A stretch of DNA of 64,000 bases from a virus, in the IMG/VR virus record IMGVR_UViG_3300044691_000477, positions 1 to 64,000 of that record, one strand, 5' to 3'. Below are positions 9,467 through 18,549 of the stretch, one piece after another. The notes under the pieces were generated by a model, which was given only the letters and a program-made list of their open reading frames with translations, was not told where the DNA came from and searched no databases. Each line of letters begins with the position of its first letter. Position 1 is the stretch's first letter. A program made the translations under genes and the position numbers.

Positions 9467-10376
9467 GAATGCACTCGGGGCACTCCTGCTTCACCTCGAG
9501 GTACTGCGGGCCGGGCTGGCCCTCGCTCACGAACTCGACCAACTTCTTGCGGTCACGCGCCGTCATCTTCAGCACCGGGCTGGGACCGTTGACGGGCTTG
9601 CCATCGATGTTGTCGAGCAACTCGGCGAGCATCAGGGTGTTGAGCTCTTCGGCGGTCTTGGTCAGGTTGTCGGTCGTGTAGACCTTCTTCTGCGCCGTCC
9701 CGTCCATGAGCCTGATCGAGGCCATGGAACCGCTGCTCGGCAACTCGATGTCGAACAGCCGCTGCATCGGGTCGCCAGCGCCCTCGATGTTGAGCCCGCG
9801 GAGCGGCACGTCGTCTGCGAACGAGTAGTCGACCTGGAACTCGTGGTCGCAGAACGGGCAGACGATATCCAGCCGCATAGTGTCGCCGAAGGTCGACCGG
9901 CGAATCTGCATGATGAGCAGGTCGCGGTCGCCGATGAGCAGAGTGTCCAGGGCCTTCAGCAGCTCCTTACGGTCGCTGATCTCCCCGATGCGCACTGTGC
10001 CGACACGGACCAAGGTGTCGACGTAGCGCGCCATGTCCTGCGACGCCAGTGCTCGAGCGATGGCTTCCTCATCGGCGCCGGTCAGCTCCTTAACCTCGGC
10101 GTCGGTGAAGCGCTGGCCATCGGCGACGTAGCCACCGATGAGGGTGACCTTGCCGTCGGGCGGTCCGGTGATGGAGAAGTCCTCCGTGGACTTCTCGAGT
10201 TGCAGCGCAGCCGCTGACAGCGCATTGAACTTCTCAGGGTTCAGGTCGGCATCGACCGTCCCGTCTTCGGTCGGCGGCGGTGGGAAGCCTTGCGCGTCGA
10301 GTTGCACTCCTTCAGCGTCGAGCGCGACCTCCTCACCTCCATTCTCGAAGTCGATGGCCATCAGCGGCTGCGTCAC
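9417..10376 (-). CDS. Tail assembly chaperone (G-like), zinc-ribbon containing
   Basis: 319 aa between the tube and tape measure genes, with CPFC...CPEC. The call rests on position. Confidence 0.55.
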   Translation of the reverse strand: MTQPLMAIDFENGGEEVALDAEGVQLDAQGFPPPPTEDGTVDADLNPEKFNALSAAALQLEKSTEDFSITGPPDGKVTLIGGYVADGQRFTDAEVKELTGADEEAIARALASQDMARYVDTLVRVGTVRIGEISDRKELLKALDTLLIGDRDLLIMQIRRSTFGDTMRLDIVCPFCDHEFQVDYSFADDVPLRGLNIEGAGDPMQRLFDIELPSSGSMASIRLMDGTAQKKVYTTDNLTKTAEELNTLMLAELLDNIDGKPVNGPSPVLKMTARDRKKLVEFVSEGQPGPQYLEVKQECPECIREFPLPITTRDMFRGD

Positions 10377-10416
10377 GATGTTCTCCTCACAGGTGGTGTA
10401 CCGAGTGGTGTGTTGC

Positions 10417-10989
10417 CTAGTAGGACTTGCTCGCCGCGACGTCGCTCTTGCCGTTGTCGGCGGCGTAGACGAGGCCGAAGCCCTCGTGCTGCAGGACCAT
10501 GGACTCCATGATGAGGGCGTTGCCGCCCGCGTCCAGGTCGCTGAAGGCGAGGCTCTGCGGCCACGAGTTGTAGACGTGGTACTTCGCCTTCACGGGCACC
10601 GACGTCCCCTTGGTCCACGGGTGGGCCAGGACGTAGATGTCGATGTCGGCACGGAAGTCCGTGCCGGCGTTGGTTCCCGCTCCAGCAATGACGCTGAAGA
10701 TCTCCTTGAACCAGAGATAGGAGTCGGGCTTGGCGACCATCATCCCGCGGCTGAGTGACAGCGGCGGGAAGTTGGTCTGTCCCGGCATCTTCTGCGTGGT
10801 GGTGTTGAAGCCACCCTGCCGGTAGGCGATGAGGTCGGTCTCGACGCTCAGCCCTGCACACGTCATGAAGCCCAGGCGCGCGGCCATGTTCCCCTTTGAC
10901 GTCGTGTGGTTGATGTTGATCTGGAACCTGAAGTTACGCAGCGGGTCGGTAGCGATGCTCGACCGGCTGTCCTTCACAGTCGCTGGCAT
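10417..10989 (-). CDS. Contractile tail tube protein (T4 gp19-like)
   Basis: 190 aa immediately after the sheath gene. DPLRNFRFQINI...GLSVETD..YRQGG is typical of the phage tail tube family. Confidence 0.85.
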   Translation of the reverse strand: MPATVKDSRSSIATDPLRNFRFQININHTTSKGNMAARLGFMTCAGLSVETDLIAYRQGGFNTTTQKMPGQTNFPPLSLSRGMMVAKPDSYLWFKEIFSVIAGAGTNAGTDFRADIDIYVLAHPWTKGTSVPVKAKYHVYNSWPQSLAFSDLDAGGNALIMESMVLQHEGFGLVYAADNGKSDVAASKSY

Positions 10990-11017
10990 TGGATCTCCTT
11001 CGAGGTGAGGTTGCCGG

Positions 11018-12922
11018 TCAGGCGTTGGTGGTGTCGGACACTGTGGAACCGCCGTCGAACTGGGCGATCTGGATCACCACGAACTCGGCGGGACGCTGAA
11101 GCGCGAGGCCGACCTCGAGGTGCACCTCCCCCTGCTCGATGGTGGCGGCGGTGTTGTTCTCGGCATCGCTCTTGACGTAGTACGCCTGCTCTGCCGTGGC
11201 CCCCTTCAGACCACCCGCGGTGTAGAGCTCCCGGCAGATCTTGTCGGCGATGTCATCGAGCAGCGACCACAGGAACGAGTCGTTGTTCTCGAAGGGCGCG
11301 AACGAGGTTGCGTCGAGCAGCTCCGCGCGCACCTGGATGAGCGTGCGGCGAGGAGCGATGTAGCGGGTGATGAAGTTGGTCTTGCCGGTGCGGGCGCCGA
11401 AGATGCAGAAGCCCTTGTTGGGCACCAGCTTCACGGCGTTGACTCCCGCATCGTTGAGGCGGTCGAGCTGCGGGTTGCGCAGGTCGGCTGCCGGGTCGAG
11501 GGCGACGACCTGGGTGAGCAGCCCGTCGATGGTGCCGGCGGGGGACTTGAAGACACCTCGGGAGGCGTCAGTGGCCATGTACCGCCCGACCACCAGCGGC
11601 CCGACAGGCACGAGCTTGGTGCTACCAGCCACCGAGTTGGACGGGTCGGCGATGACCACGGGCGGGTAGTACGTCGCCCAGTAGTCCGACACTGGGTAGG
11701 TCTTGACCTGGGTGATGGCGTCGTCTGCCACTTCGCCGGGAGAGGTGTCGATGACCAGGAAGACGTCACCGCGTCCCTGCTCGTTGTTGTCCTGCCTGGT
11801 GCGACTCGGGTCGGTGTAGTCCACCAAGGCCGTGATGACGTCGGTCTCGAAGACGCCAGGCAGGTTCAGCACGAAGGGCTGAGTGATCACGTCGAGCGCG
11901 TACACCGAGTCCATCATCTCGCTGGTCGTGGGGGTCGACCCGTCGACACCACCCGTCAACTTGGACCCACCGGCCACTGACGAGGCCACCAGCACGTCTC
12001 CGGTGGCGAAGACGTAGCCACTGTGCACTGCGGCCTCGATGTAGTTGGACGGGCTGATGGCGCTGTTGAGGACACCGATGACGTAGCGCGGGTCTGCCGG
12101 GTTCAGAGACAGATCCGTCCACCGCTCCACGATCTGGGCGTTGGTGAGCACCGTGACGCCGACAGGAACATCACGGATGACGAGGTTGAAGCGCGCTGGG
12201 TCGGTGGCCTCGAGGATCTCGACGTAGAGGCGGTTGCCCCAGACGCCGGGGTTCTTGGCCTTGAAGTCGATGGCGCTGGCCCCGACATCGCTCCCCTGGG
12301 TGCTGGTGCTGACCGTGACGTCAGGAGACGTACCACCCGTCAGCCCGGTCGCGTCCGTGGTGATGGGCGGGACGTTGGTGGCTGCGTAGGTGCCCTGGAA
12401 GGCGGTGCTGTACGGACCGCCTCCTGATCCTGTGACCACGACATCGCCAGGTGCGATGTCGCTCAGCGCGACGAGAGCTGCCTGCACTGCCGACGCGGTG
12501 GCGTTGTAGGCGATGTCCGCTGTGGTCTGACCGGCGAACGTCAGGGTGTAGGTACCGCCCGTCGGCCCCCCTGTGATGGTGATGATCTGGACCTCGTTGT
12601 TCGAGGTCGAGGTGGACGGGTCGAGCGCGAACGGCAGGTTCGCCTTCGCGGCTCCTGCCCCGACCGCGCGGTTGACGTAGATGTCACGGGCGCCGGCAGA
12701 CAGGGCGTTGTAGATGGACTGCAGCAGGTTGTCCGCAGCAGCCACGCCAGTCAGCTTCCCAAACTGCTTGAGCGCGTCGCTCCAGCTCGAGATGAGCGTC
12801 GGCACGACTGGACCGCGAGGTGCGGTCCCGACGAGCGCAGCGACTGCCACTGTCGTGTTGATGGGTGTCGTCGTGGCCAGCAGCTCCTCATCGACGTACT
12901 GGCCTGGGCGGTGGAACGTCAT
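11018..12922 (-). CDS. Contractile tail sheath protein
   Basis: 634 aa. C-terminal GVNAVKLVPNKGFCIFGARTGK..YIAPRRTLI is sheath-like. A tube gene follows. Confidence 0.9.
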   Translation of the reverse strand: MTFHRPGQYVDEELLATTTPINTTVAVAALVGTAPRGPVVPTLISSWSDALKQFGKLTGVAAADNLLQSIYNALSAGARDIYVNRAVGAGAAKANLPFALDPSTSTSNNEVQIITITGGPTGGTYTLTFAGQTTADIAYNATASAVQAALVALSDIAPGDVVVTGSGGGPYSTAFQGTYAATNVPPITTDATGLTGGTSPDVTVSTSTQGSDVGASAIDFKAKNPGVWGNRLYVEILEATDPARFNLVIRDVPVGVTVLTNAQIVERWTDLSLNPADPRYVIGVLNSAISPSNYIEAAVHSGYVFATGDVLVASSVAGGSKLTGGVDGSTPTTSEMMDSVYALDVITQPFVLNLPGVFETDVITALVDYTDPSRTRQDNNEQGRGDVFLVIDTSPGEVADDAITQVKTYPVSDYWATYYPPVVIADPSNSVAGSTKLVPVGPLVVGRYMATDASRGVFKSPAGTIDGLLTQVVALDPAADLRNPQLDRLNDAGVNAVKLVPNKGFCIFGARTGKTNFITRYIAPRRTLIQVRAELLDATSFAPFENNDSFLWSLLDDIADKICRELYTAGGLKGATAEQAYYVKSDAENNTAATIEQGEVHLEVGLALQRPAEFVVIQIAQFDGGSTVSDTTNA

Positions 12923-12977
12923 GCGTGTCTCCTCGCGTAGTTGGCTTGGGTTCCCGAGTGGCGTGGTGCCCGATGAA

Positions 12978-13706
12978 CTACTCCGATTCGATGGCTAGGA
13001 CAGTGAGGTCGACGCGAGCCACCGCGGCAAGGGCAACCAGGTCACTGTGGAACAGCTCGCTGGAGACACCGACCGTGTACATCTTTCGGAACAGACGCTT
13101 GCCGTCACGCTCGCGCATATCCCCGTTCGTGGGACCTGAGAGCAGGTCCAGTCGCCGTGTGCTGTTGTCGTCAGGAGCGGCGGCACTCGCAACCATGTCG
13201 AGGGCGCCGAAGCGTGGCTCGAGCCGGTCGAACATGATCTGCGTCATGATCTCGCGGTCGTGCCGGGCGTAGCGCGCCCACTGCGTGATCTGGTACTGCA
13301 ACGTGAAGGGGATCGGCAACTCCCCTCGGGCGCCGCCTGCAGGCATCCCCATGGGGGTGTAGGCGTTGTCGCTGGTTCCGTAGTCCTGATAGCCACGGTG
13401 CTCACGCTCGGTGTCCCGGATCGGGGTCAGAAAATCGATGGTGATGTAGGGGTAGGTCTGACGGCGCACCTCGTTCTGCGGCAGCCTGAAGAACACCGGC
13501 ACGACACGGAGCTTGGAGTTGAGTACCTCGAGCTCCCCATCGTCATCGCCGTCGGGGTCGATGACACGAGCCTCGTTGGCGACGGGCACCCGGATGCCCT
13601 GGAGCTTGTGCTTCAAGGCAATGTCTTCACGGGTGATCCAGCCGGCGTTCAGCGCGTCGGCGCTGTCGAAGTCGACATCCAGATCAGCACCGACGGGCGT
13701 GGTCAC
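12978..13706 (-). CDS. Hypothetical virion protein upstream of sheath (possible tail terminator/completion)
   Basis: 242-aa ORF with high GC3, overlapping the upstream gene. The function is guessed from position only. Confidence 0.6.
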   Translation of the reverse strand: MTTPVGADLDVDFDSADALNAGWITREDIALKHKLQGIRVPVANEARVIDPDGDDDGELEVLNSKLRVVPVFFRLPQNEVRRQTYPYITIDFLTPIRDTEREHRGYQDYGTSDNAYTPMGMPAGGARGELPIPFTLQYQITQWARYARHDREIMTQIMFDRLEPRFGALDMVASAAAPDDNSTRRLDLLSGPTNGDMRERDGKRLFRKMYTVGVSSELFHSDLVALAAVARVDLTVLAIESE

Positions 13707-14137
13707 CGGATCACCTTGGCGTCGAGTTCACGGGTCATCTCGTTGGACCACATGGTGATGATGTCCTTGGCGACCTTGGCTGCTGTGGTGCGGACCCAGG
13801 CGCTCGGCGGCGAATCCAGCCCACCCCACTCGCGTTCCTCCGCCTCCTCGGCTGCTGGGCTGGTTCCGTCGACACCGACGATGACGTCCCCGAAGGAGCC
13901 ACGCTCACGCATCACCAGGTCGTTCATGTGCCCGTCGTGGACCTTGACGGCACTTACCATGGTGGCACTCCCTCCAGCCCGCCGAGCGGCGTCCTGCAGG
14001 GGCTGCACGAGACGTCCAGCGACCCGTACGGCACTGTCGCGGGCGATGAGGGAGGCGTGTGTTCCTGCCATCCCTGAAGCCCTGCGGGCGAAGTCGGGGG
14101 AGGAGATCAGTGGCTTGTTGGCCATGCTGGCGCTCAC
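13703..14137 (-). CDS. Head-tail connector protein (HK97 gp10-like, tentative)
   Basis: 144 aa. Size and position fit a neck protein. There is only a weak resemblance. Confidence 0.5.
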   Translation of the reverse strand: MSASMANKPLISSPDFARRASGMAGTHASLIARDSAVRVAGRLVQPLQDAARRAGGSATMVSAVKVHDGHMNDLVMRERGSFGDVIVGVDGTSPAAEEAEEREWGGLDSPPSAWVRTTAAKVAKDIITMWSNEMTRELDAKVIR

Positions 14138-14254
14138 CTCCTTGCGCGACGTCGTTCAGCGGGTCTTGCTGCGTGCTCGACGGTACGGGCGAGGTGGCGA
14201 TGCATTGCGTAGAGCACCAGGGCCTGAGATGCTTCTTTCGCTGAAGTAGTGGAT

Positions 14255-14339
14255 GAGAGGCCCCTGGTCGCGGCTGTCACCGCGACGGACTCAGGGGCCT
14301 CTCGCCATGACGAAGGCCCCCTCCCGAAGGAGAGGGCCT
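14255..14339 (-). terminator. Two tandem strong hairpins ending the 14393..14830 transcription unit
   Basis: 12-bp perfect arms GAGAGGCCCCTG/CAGGGGCCTCTC (14255..14266 and 14292..14303). An 11-bp stem at 14314..14324 / 14329..14339 has a UUCG loop on the minus-strand RNA. Confidence 0.6.
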
Positions 14340-14392
14340 CGCCGATCCGAGCCTGCTGCAGTGCGGAGTGTGCCTACCCGGATACGCCGATC

Positions 14393-14830
14393 CTAGTCCA
14401 GGGGCTCCTTCTCGACCCAGACCCAGCCGAAGCCGACGTTGTATTTGCCATTCAGGGTCGGCTCGATGCGCTCCTCTACGACCCACTTCGGTTTGCAGGT
14501 GCCGTCGCAAAACTTGACGCTGCCGATGGCGCCAGAAGTGGACTCATGCCCATCACACTCGCGGTCGTCGTTCAGGGTCTTCAGAACGAGGACGTTACCG
14601 TCGAAGCGCAGGCGCTGCTCGGACCCCTCGGTATTGACCCACGTCGCGATCTTCTCGACCTGCTCGCGGGCGACGTAGGGCGCCGCGATGAAGCCATTCC
14701 AGCGGTCCTTCGGGTCATAGACCGCCTCGACCTCGAGGTTGCCCTCCTCCTCGGGTCCGTCGATGACGATGGTGCCCGCGGTCAGGACGGTGATGTGCGG
14801 ATTGGCATTGAGGCGGTCGATCTCGTTCAT
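14393..14830 (-). CDS. Hypothetical protein (cassette gene A)
   Basis: 145-aa ORF with AGGAGC RBS, its own promoter and its own terminators. Confidence 0.75.
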   Translation of the reverse strand: MNEIDRLNANPHITVLTAGTIVIDGPEEEGNLEVEAVYDPKDRWNGFIAAPYVAREQVEKIATWVNTEGSEQRLRFDGNVLVLKTLNDDRECDGHESTSGAIGSVKFCDGTCKPKWVVEERIEPTLNGKYNVGFGWVWVEKEPLD

Positions 14831-14864
14831 GATCTGCTCCTAGTCGTCGTGCTCCGGTGCCATG

Positions 14865-14915
14865 AGGATAGCACCATGCAACGTTGTTGTACAAGTACGT
14901 TGCACCTGCTACATT
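14865..14915. promoter_or_regulatory. Back-to-back promoters sharing palindromic -35 TTGTACAA, embedded in a 28-bp near-palindrome
   Basis: Plus strand: TTGTAC(14887..92)-N17-TACATT(14910..15). Minus strand: TTGTAC(14894..89)-N18-TATCCT(14870..65). Arms TGCAACGT/ACGTTGCA lie at 14877..84 and 14897..904. Confidence 0.55.
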
Positions 14916-14956
14916 TCACTGCATCGGAGCACAGCGACTACTGGGAGCAGTACGAC

Positions 14957-15343
14957 ATGCGCAACATCGAGTCCAGCCAAATCGACGGCCCCTTCGACCT
15001 TCAACCGAAGAACGACGGCGAACTCACCTTCACGCTCGCCCTCAGACTCTCCAGCAACCACGGCTACGCGACGCTGGTCGACGGCCACTCGCACGCAGGG
15101 CGTCGCTTCAAGGTCAAGCACATCGACGTGCTGGTCACCGTCGTTGCTGGCAAGGTTGAGTACTACATCCGCTCCTCCGCGAGCGGCCCCCTCATCCGCA
15201 AGGATGGCAGCGAGGGCATGATCATCACCACGCATGGTGTCTTCCTCACCGCCGTACAGACCGAAGCTGTGAAGCGCGCCGCTCTCGCCGCCTACACCAC
15301 GGCACTAGAGCAAGCGGCGGTGTACGCGCTCACCCAGGAGTAA
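14957..15343 (+). CDS. Hypothetical protein (cassette gene B)
   Basis: The last 128 codons of track ORF 14249..15343 start at ATG 14957. The upstream part of that ORF is antisense to a real gene. A hairpin follows. Confidence 0.75.
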   Translation: MRNIESSQIDGPFDLQPKNDGELTFTLALRLSSNHGYATLVDGHSHAGRRFKVKHIDVLVTVVAGKVEYYIRSSASGPLIRKDGSEGMIITTHGVFLTAVQTEAVKRAALAAYTTALEQAAVYALTQE

Positions 15344-15352
15344 CCCGCTCAA

Positions 15353-15401
15353 CCAGAAGCCCCGCTGTGCCTGCTCCAAACAGGCGCGGTAGGGCTTCTG
15401 G
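15353..15401. terminator. Bidirectional hairpin between convergent genes
   Basis: 10-bp perfect arms CCAGAAGCCC/GGGCTTCTGG with additional inner pairing. Confidence 0.6.
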
Positions 15402-15412
15402 CGTTGGTGAGG

Positions 15413-15949
15413 TCAGCCGCTCCATCGAGCGAAGGCAGCGCTGTCAACCAGTTCGTCGGGACGAAGTTGGGTGGCTTCGACACGGAGCACAGTGTCGGCA
15501 CTTGCCTGTTCGAAGTGTCCACTGGTCTGCACGGCGTCCACGTCGAATACCCGGTTACGGAAGACGAAGCGGTCGAGTTGGCGCAGTTCACGGTCCTGCA
15601 CCAGATTCCTGTCCAGGCCAGCTCGTCGGACCTGCTCGTAACTCATGACCAGCGTCATGTGGTCGTAGCTGGCGTAGCCACCCTCAGCAGCTTCCTCTTC
15701 GCCCTGCGCTGGCACCGCTGACAGCACTGGGATCCGCAGCGGGCCGATGTAGGAGCGGCCACCGCCGACGAAGCCCTCGTCGTAGATGTCATCGACCTGG
15801 GTGGTTGCGACGTCGAGGAAGAACCACAGCACCTCGGTGCCGTAGACCTGCTGGTAGTCCTCCATGCCGGCGTCGATTCGTCGCCGCTCGTCCTTGACGC
15901 CGAAGAACCGACCTCGAGGTCGGTTGAAGAAGCGGGTTCCTCCGCTCAC
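15413..15949 (-). CDS. Hypothetical head-tail joining protein
   Basis: 178-aa ORF with GTG start, coupled to the upstream small ORF by a GTGA overlap. Confidence 0.7.
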   Translation of the reverse strand: MSGGTRFFNRPRGRFFGVKDERRRIDAGMEDYQQVYGTEVLWFFLDVATTQVDDIYDEGFVGGGRSYIGPLRIPVLSAVPAQGEEEAAEGGYASYDHMTLVMSYEQVRRAGLDRNLVQDRELRQLDRFVFRNRVFDVDAVQTSGHFEQASADTVLRVEATQLRPDELVDSAAFARWSG

Positions 15950-16104
15950 TTCACCACTCGCAGCTTGGGGCGCTTCGGCTTTGGCTTACCGTCGACCAGA
16001 TGCGGGTCGTTCTTCAGAGCCGTGTCGATCTGCTCGTCCAGCGAAGGCTCAGTCGGCAATGAGTCCAACAGCCGGTCGGTCCTCTTCACCTTGAACTGCA
16101 GCAT
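15946..16104 (-). CDS. Small hypothetical protein (52 aa)
   Basis: Own translation: MLQFKVKRTDRLLDSLPTEPSLDEQIDTALKNDPHLVDGKPKPKRPKLRVVK. It fills the gap, has high GC3 and a GTGA overlap downstream. It is below the track cutoff. Confidence 0.45.
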   Translation of the reverse strand: MLQFKVKRTDRLLDSLPTEPSLDEQIDTALKNDPHLVDGKPKPKRPKLRVVK

Positions 16105-16121
16105 GGACAGAACGTCGCCGC

Positions 16122-17273
16122 TCACGGGGTGTTGCCGAAGAACGAGTGCGGGTCTACCTGATCGAAGCCGCTGCCGGTGACGCCGAGGTTGCGAGGAGCG
16201 AAGACGCGAAGGGGGGGAGTCCTCACGTCGTCGTACTCGCGGTCGACGTACACAGGCACCAGCTTGCCGGTCGTCCTCGAGACCCTCCGCAGAGTGAAGA
16301 CCTCCACCCGGCCCAAGCCGACACCCAACTTGGCTGCGAGATCGTCGTACATCGCCTGCTTGGTGGCCATAAGCTGTGCGATGTTGCGGAACCGCTCGGT
16401 GCGCGGCAGCGATGTGCCCTCCGCAGTGGTGACGTCGATGTCGTAGGCGACGTCGGTCTGGATGACCTCGAGGGCTTCGGTGGCAGCGAGCAGCGCGACC
16501 AGGTGGTACTCGACTGGCGCGAGACCGTCGACCGTCTGGTTGGTGTAGAGGAAATGCTTGAAGCCGTCAGGGTCCCGGTAGACCTGGAGATCCTCCGAGC
16601 TGTGTGTGTGCTTCAGCGCCGCTGAACGCAGGAACAGGTCGAGCTCGTCGTCGGTGAAGAACTGGTAGTGCACGCCCGTCATGGTTAGCGTCGACTCGTG
16701 CGCCAGTGCATCGGGCAGCGTGATGACGCCGGCTTGTGCATCCAGGTCGTAGTCGGTGGGCGCCAGGGTCACTGGGTTGCCCTCCTCGTCAGTGAGGATC
16801 ACCGACAGCCCAGTGGTGCTGATGACTTCCTGGGGCAGATCGAAGCGCCGGGTGAAGCCGTCGCCCGTGACCGATGTCTGGAAGCGCTCTTGGTAGTCGC
16901 CGAGCTCCATCCGCAGACGCTTTCGGATCGCGACGGTAGCGGGGCTGGCCGGGTCAGGGACCGGCTCTGGCTGCTCACGTGGCGGGATGACGCCGGCGAG
17001 GGGATCGGGAACGACGAGCGGAGCCGCACTGCTCTGACTGGGGATGTTGTCCAGGGTGCCGAGCACCGGAATGTAGGTACCGTCTGGTAGCAAACGCGGC
17101 ACCGTGATGGTGACGCTGGTGCCACGGTCCACGATGAACTCGCACTCCCACTGCAGTCCGTCGGTGTCGACCAACGCCGCGGAGGAGACTCTTCCGAAGC
17201 CGGTACCGATGAGCTGCAGGGTGTCGGCCCTCACGATGGGACCGCCGTAGCCGGTGATGATCGGCGTCAGCAA
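16122..17273 (-). CDS. Hypothetical virion protein with Ig-like N-terminal domain
   Basis: 383-aa ORF in the head module. The N-terminal ~90 aa look like a beta-rich IPT/TIG-type domain. Confidence 0.7.
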   Translation of the reverse strand: MLTPIITGYGGPIVRADTLQLIGTGFGRVSSAALVDTDGLQWECEFIVDRGTSVTITVPRLLPDGTYIPVLGTLDNIPSQSSAAPLVVPDPLAGVIPPREQPEPVPDPASPATVAIRKRLRMELGDYQERFQTSVTGDGFTRRFDLPQEVISTTGLSVILTDEEGNPVTLAPTDYDLDAQAGVITLPDALAHESTLTMTGVHYQFFTDDELDLFLRSAALKHTHSSEDLQVYRDPDGFKHFLYTNQTVDGLAPVEYHLVALLAATEALEVIQTDVAYDIDVTTAEGTSLPRTERFRNIAQLMATKQAMYDDLAAKLGVGLGRVEVFTLRRVSRTTGKLVPVYVDREYDDVRTPPLRVFAPRNLGVTGSGFDQVDPHSFFGNTP

Positions 17274-17290
17274 CGTAGCCTCCTATCGGT

Positions 17291-17833
17291 TCAGGCGGCG
17301 GTGTCGCCTTCGACCCGCAGCGTGACGCCATCATTGTTCAGCGCGGCGCTGTTGGTCGCGGTACGACGCACCCAGATGGCGACAACCGAGCCCGGAGGGA
17401 TGTCGCCGATGGACAGCCCGGCAGCCTTGGTGGTGGGGGAGCTGAAGGCACCGACGGCTGACGGGGCGGTGTCCTCATTGACGTCAGTCGATGCCTGTGC
17501 GGAGCTCTGCCCCAGCGGGGTGACTCCCACGCTGTCCAGAGCGATGGCGATGTTCGCCCCGCCACCGACCTCTGCGGCCATCCAGACGACGGTGCGCTGC
17601 AGCGTCAGGGTCGCGTGGTTGTTGTGGATGAACAGGCACTTGTAGTCGACCGCCGAGGCTGCGTTCTCGTCGCCCGTGACGTCATCGAAGAGGTTGTCGA
17701 GCGTCGCGTCGATGACGGGTGTGGTGGAGATGTACTTGCCCAAGGAGCCAGCCGCCGTACCTGCCACTGTGTTGCCGGCGGCGCCGGTCGTGACGGAGTA
17801 CTTGTAAAGAATATCCGTCGAGGCGATGGGCAT
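17291..17833 (-). CDS. Hypothetical virion protein
   Basis: 180-aa ORF in the head module. Confidence 0.7.
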   Translation of the reverse strand: MPIASTDILYKYSVTTGAAGNTVAGTAAGSLGKYISTTPVIDATLDNLFDDVTGDENAASAVDYKCLFIHNNHATLTLQRTVVWMAAEVGGGANIAIALDSVGVTPLGQSSAQASTDVNEDTAPSAVGAFSSPTTKAAGLSIGDIPPGSVVAIWVRRTATNSAALNNDGVTLRVEGDTAA

Positions 17834-17883
17834 GTCGGCTGGCTCCTTGGTGACGTCGTTGTGAAGGTGAGGCTACGGCCCGA

Positions 17884-18459
17884 TCAGGCTGGCTGAAGGG
17901 AGAGCACGATGGCGACCCCCTTCTCCTCCAGGTGCGCAGCGACCCACCGCGGCACGCGGTACCGGAAGTCCTGCTTGAAGTTGAAGGTGTTGCCGTAGCC
18001 GATGGTGACGTCCTCGAGGTCGTAGAGCGACTTGATGAGCGTCGGAGCGTCAGAGTTGTCAGCTGTCAGTGCCTGCTTGCTCGCCGACACCCGCTCCTCA
18101 GGCAGCTCGAAGATCTCCATGTCACTGGCGCCCTGCGAGCTGTTAAGCCGGGTCCCCTGCGGGGCGGACTCCCCGGCCTTCTCCGCGACGTCGAGTTGAC
18201 CGTCCTCGGTCTCCACGACGTTGAGCTTCTCGGCGTCGTCCTCGTCCAGGTCAGGGTGCTCGAGCACCGGCTTCCCGCTGGTGAGGTCGATGACGCCCTC
18301 GTCTTTGATGGACGCCTTGCGGTCGGCAGTGATGCCGAGCTCCTCGCGACGAGCCTCGACCTCTTCCTCGTGCTCGGCGATGAGCGCTGCCTTCTTGTTT
18401 CCTGTGAAGTCACCGCGCTTGCTGGCCGGCTGGCTGCCGCGCTGACGTGGGTTTGCCAT
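17884..18459 (-). CDS. Hypothetical acidic protein
   Basis: 191-aa ORF preceded by the GCACTGGACAAC leader motif, which is also found before the scaffold gene. Confidence 0.7.
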   Translation of the reverse strand: MANPRQRGSQPASKRGDFTGNKKAALIAEHEEEVEARREELGITADRKASIKDEGVIDLTSGKPVLEHPDLDEDDAEKLNVVETEDGQLDVAEKAGESAPQGTRLNSSQGASDMEIFELPEERVSASKQALTADNSDAPTLIKSLYDLEDVTIGYGNTFNFKQDFRYRVPRWVAAHLEEKGVAIVLSLQPA

Positions 18460-18549
18460 GATCAGTCTCCTCAGATAGTTGTCCAGTGCGCTCGCTGGCG
18501 CGTTCCCACGAAGCAGTCTGCTACAGCAGTCACCTGAGGACTGGGAGAC

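Noticed and set aside
1-13000. Tailocin or extracellular contractile injection system instead of a phage (sheath, tube, LysM, gpD, gpV, gp25, Baseplate J order).
   Set aside because: The same co-oriented arm continues into major capsid, scaffold, portal and large terminase genes, so it is a complete myovirus-type virion module.
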